From Mycobacterium tuberculosis H37Rv (GTDB lineage: Bacteria; Actinomycetota; Actinomycetes; Mycobacteriales; Mycobacteriaceae): DNA of 32,000 bases. Below the pieces are notes generated by a model. The model was given only the letters and a program-made list of their open reading frames with translations. It was not told where the DNA came from and did not search any database. Positions within the stretch are counted from its first letter, which is position 1; each line of letters begins with the position of its first letter. Location of the stretch: assembly GCF_000195955.2 (NCBI RefSeq), contig NC_000962.3:4140001-4172000 (forward strand). Reading direction: 5' to 3'. Below, in pieces: positions 29,710-32,000 of this stretch. A program made the position numbers and the translations under genes.

Positions 29710-30169
29710 CTACCCCGCCAGTAACGACTTTGCCAGCAGCGACTTCCCTAAGACGGTCATCGACGGAATTCGCGACGCGGGCTCTCATATCCAGTCAATG
29801 GCGATGAGCTGTCCCCAGACCAGGCAAGTGCTCGGTGGATACTCCCAAGGTGCGGCCGTGGCCGGTTATGTCACCTCGGCTGTGGTACCGCCGGCTGTAC
29901 CCGTGCAGGCGGTACCGGCACCGATGGCCCCGGAGGTAGCAAACCACGTCGCCGCGGTCACTCTGTTCGGCGCACCGTCGGCTCAATTCCTGGGCCAGTA
30001 CGGCGCGCCGCCGATAGCCATCGGTCCCCTGTACCAGCCGAAAACGCTTCAGTTGTGTGCCGATGGCGACTCGATTTGTGGCGACGGCAACAGCCCGGTC
30101 GCGCATGGCCTGTACGCGGTGAACGGCATGGTAGGCCAGGGCGCGAATTTCGCCGCCAGCCGCCTGTAG
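29606..30169 (+). CDS. cut5b: C-terminal cutinase fragment carrying the catalytic triad
   Basis: The frame is open from 29546, and GTG 29606 is a possible start. Authentic cutinase sequence begins at SQVGAKS (29669). The GYSQG nucleophile elbow is present. Confidence 0.8.
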   Translation: MAPGSHLVLAASEDCSSTHCVSQVGAKSLGVYAVNYPASNDFASSDFPKTVIDGIRDAGSHIQSMAMSCPQTRQVLGGYSQGAAVAGYVTSAVVPPAVPVQAVPAPMAPEVANHVAAVTLFGAPSAQFLGQYGAPPIAIGPLYQPKTLQLCADGDSICGDGNSPVAHGLYAVNGMVGQGANFAASRL

Positions 30170-30213
30170 CCAGAACTGCGCTGCCACCCCAGCGAGAGCT
30201 GGGCGGTGATCCA

Positions 30214-31143
30214 ATGCAGAATGCCACCATGCGCGTTCTGGTCACCGGCGGTACGGGATTTGTGGGCGGGTGGACTGCCAAAGCCATCGCTGACGCGGGC
30301 CACTCCGTCCGGTTCCTGGTGCGAAATCCCGCACGGCTGAAGACGTCTGTCGCGAAACTGGGCGTCGACGTGTCGGACTTTGCGGTTGCAGACATATCCG
30401 ACCGCGATTCGGTACGGGAGGCGTTGAACGGATGCGACGCCGTCGTGCACAGCGCCGCGCTGGTGGCAACCGACCCGCGTGAGACTTCGCGGATGCTGAG
30501 TACGAACATGGCGGGCGCCCAAAATGTTCTCGGTCAAGCCGTCGAGCTCGGAATGGATCCGATCGTGCATGTGTCGAGCTTCACGGCGCTGTTTCGTCCC
30601 AACTTGGCGACGCTGAGCGCTGATCTGCCGGTTGCCGGTGGGACGGATGGATACGGACAATCCAAAGCGCAGATCGAAATCTATGCGCGCGGTCTTCAGG
30701 ACGCCGGCGCACCGGTGAACATCACTTATCCTGGCATGGTCCTCGGCCCGCCGGTGGGCGATCAATTCGGTGAAGCCGGGGAGGGTGTCCGGTCCGCATT
30801 GTGGATGCATGTCATTCCCGGGCGCGGCGCGGCGTGGTTGATCGTCGACGTCCGAGATGTGGCGGCACTGCACGCGGCGTTGTTGGAATCCGGGCGTGGG
30901 CCGCGCCGCTACACTGCGGGAGGTCATCGGATTCCGGTGCCCGAGCTCGCGAAAATTCTGGGCGGGTCGCCGGCACCACGATGCTGGCCGTCCCGGTGCC
31001 CGATTCCGCGCTGCGTGTCGCGGGATCGGTGCTGGATCAAGCCGGGCCCTATCTGCCTTTCAATACTCCGTTCACCGCGGCAGGTATGCAGTACTACACA
31101 CAGATGCCGGAGTCCGACGATTCGCCGAGCGAAAAAGAACTAG
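30214..31143 (+). CDS. NAD(P)-dependent epimerase/dehydratase-family oxidoreductase (Rv3725-like); the frame appears corrupted after about codon 250
   Basis: The ATG at 30214 gives MQNATMRVLVTGGTGFVGGW, a Rossmann GxxGxxG motif, and YGQSKAQ gives the YxxxK motif. After ...PELAKILG the frame becomes Cys/Arg/Pro-rich (SPAPRCWPSRCPIPRCVSRDRCW), whereas another frame continues protein-like. Confidence 0.8.
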   Translation: MQNATMRVLVTGGTGFVGGWTAKAIADAGHSVRFLVRNPARLKTSVAKLGVDVSDFAVADISDRDSVREALNGCDAVVHSAALVATDPRETSRMLSTNMAGAQNVLGQAVELGMDPIVHVSSFTALFRPNLATLSADLPVAGGTDGYGQSKAQIEIYARGLQDAGAPVNITYPGMVLGPPVGDQFGEAGEGVRSALWMHVIPGRGAAWLIVDVRDVAALHAALLESGRGPRRYTAGGHRIPVPELAKILGGSPAPRCWPSRCPIPRCVSRDRCWIKPGPICLSILRSPRQVCSTTHRCRSPTIRRAKKN

Positions 31144-31214
31144 GCATCACCTACCGCGATCCGCGCGACACCGTGGCCGACACCGTCACGGCCCTGCGCG
31201 GCCTGGGCAGCTAA
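30963..31214 (+). CDS. Probable authentic C-terminal segment of the preceding oxidoreductase, in the -1 frame
   Basis: RVAGTTMLAVPVPDSALRVAGSVLDQAGPYLPFNTPFTAAGMQYYTQMPESDDSPSEKELGITYRDPRDTVADTVTALRGLGS. Third-position GC is high. Joining this segment to codons 1-250 gives about 333 aa, the usual size for this family. Confidence 0.6.
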   Translation, partial: RVAGTTMLAVPVPDSALRVAGSVLDQAGPYLPFNTPFTAAGMQYYTQMPESDDSPSEKELGITYRDPRDTVADTVTALRGLGS

Positions 31215-31357
31215 CTGCCGTCGGGAGGTTCCGCCGGTTCCGCGTCGGGGCGCGAATTCTTCAACCACTGCTTCAGCCGGAGCAGTTCGTTGACGACGAT
31301 GCCGACGCCCAGGAGGATGACCAGCGTCACCACAATAGCGGTGGCCACGTAGTCCAT
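31211..31357 (-). CDS. Candidate small membrane protein (48 aa) in the gap between the oxidoreductase and the dehydrogenase
   Basis: MDYVATAIVVTLVILLGVGIVVNELLRLKQWLKNSRPDAEPAEPPDGS has one clear TM helix and a charged tail. Of 48 codons, 41 end in G or C. It forms the last 48 codons of the otherwise antisense ORF 31211..31990. The upstream G-rich SD sequence is weak. Confidence 0.45.
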   Translation of the reverse strand: MDYVATAIVVTLVILLGVGIVVNELLRLKQWLKNSRPDAEPAEPPDGS

Positions 31358-31420
31358 GGTGACAGCCCCGCCACGGCGCACGTTCAGGCCGCTTGCTGTC
31401 GGATCGAGAGGACCTACGCG

Positions 31421-32000
31421 ATGAAGGCGGTGACCTGCACCAACGCAAAGCTCGAGGTAGTCGACCGGCCGTCCCCGGCGCCGGCCAAGGGTCAACTGTT
31501 GCTCGATGTGCTGCGGTGCGGTATCTGCGGATCGGACCTGCATGCCCGCTTGCACTGTGATGAACTGGCCGACGTGATGGCCGAATCTGGCTACCACGCC
31601 TTCATGCGATCGAATCAGCAGGTGGTGTTCGGACACGAGTTCTGTGGCGAGGTGGTCGATTACGGTCCCGGCACCCGCAGGACCCCTAGGCGCGGCACCC
31701 CGGTCGTCGCCATGCCGCTGCTGCGGCGTGGCAACAAAGAGGTGCACGGGATCGGGCTTTCGACAATGGCGCCGGGCGCCTACGCCGAGCGGCTCGTCGT
31801 CGAGCAGTCGCTGACGTTTCCTGTCCCGAACGGGCTGGCGCCCGAGATAGCCGCGCTGACCGAGCCCATGGCCGTCGGATGGCACGCCGTCCGGCGCGGC
31901 GAGGTGGGCAAGGGCGACGTCGCGATCGTGATCGGGTGCGGTCCGATCGGCCTCGCGGTGATCTGCATGCTGAAGTCGCGCGGGGTACACACGGTGATCG
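31421..32000 (+). CDS. Zinc-dependent medium-chain alcohol dehydrogenase/reductase; 5' part only, runs off the right edge (Rv3726-like)
   Basis: It is absent from the ORF track because there is no stop codon in the window. The ATG at 31421 has a GAGAGGA SD sequence upstream. It reads MKAVTCTNAKLEVVDRPSPAPAKGQLLLDVLRCGICGSDLHAR...GHEFCGEV...GCGPIGLAV, which includes the zinc and NAD motifs. Confidence 0.9.
   Translation, partial: MKAVTCTNAKLEVVDRPSPAPAKGQLLLDVLRCGICGSDLHARLHCDELADVMAESGYHAFMRSNQQVVFGHEFCGEVVDYGPGTRRTPRRGTPVVAMPLLRRGNKEVHGIGLSTMAPGAYAERLVVEQSLTFPVPNGLAPEIAALTEPMAVGWHAVRRGEVGKGDVAIVIGCGPIGLAVICMLKSRGVHTVI

Larger units (their letters stand above)
29467..30169 (+). pseudogene. 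cut5: Cutinase-family serine esterase split by a +1 frameshift (cut5a plus cut5b)
   Basis: The frame starting at 29467 encodes a signal peptide plus [32 protein letters not shown] and then goes out of frame. The -1 frame continues [18 protein letters not shown]...GGYSQGAAV...CADGDSIC...VAHGLY, which includes the catalytic Ser, Asp and His. Deleting one T from the TTT run at 29667..29669 restores a 233-aa protein. Confidence 0.85.

Noticed and set aside
31358-31990. Upstream 211 codons of the 259-aa minus-strand ORF 31211..31990
   Set aside because: They lie antisense to a clear Zn-ADH gene (GICGSDLH, GHEFCGEV) and are Arg/His/Gly-rich. Only the last 48 codons, which fall in intergenic DNA, look coding.

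Overview
This is a high-GC actinobacterial chromosome segment. From memory (no search was run), the gene content and order match the Mycobacterium tuberculosis complex region Rv3697c to Rv3726. From left to right the window holds:
- a partial vapBC48 toxin-antitoxin module;
- an uncharacterised GCS2-like ligase plus methyltransferase pair;
- the five-gene ergothioneine operon egtA-E on the minus strand, with overlapping gene junctions;
- a secreted PknH-like-domain protein;
- two tandem paralogous Pro/His-rich membrane proteins;
- a secreted DUF4185-like protein abutting the ask-asd operon;
- leuA, carrying an in-frame 57-bp tandem repeat;
- dnaQ;
- a 59-bp MIRU-like tandem repeat;
- murT-gatD;
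- an AbiEi/DUF559-type protein;
- recR-ybaB;
- the amidase ami1;
- an SRPBCC protein;
- an FAD oxidoreductase plus Cfa-like methyltransferase pair of the tuberculostearic-acid type;
- dnaZX;
- an aspartate aminotransferase;
- SRP RNA;
- tRNA-Ser(GGA);
- a membrane protein with a charged tail;
- a frameshifted cutinase (cut5a/cut5b);
- an NAD-epimerase-like gene with an apparent C-terminal frameshift;
- a candidate 48-aa membrane sORF;
- the 5' part of a Zn-dependent dehydrogenase.
I saw no CRISPR array, IS element or prophage. The window is mostly core housekeeping sequence. The unexplained or most checkable items are small: frameshifts, a sORF, palindromes, in-frame repeats and two uncharacterised gene pairs. 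Most long ORFs in alternative or antisense frames are GC-content artefacts.
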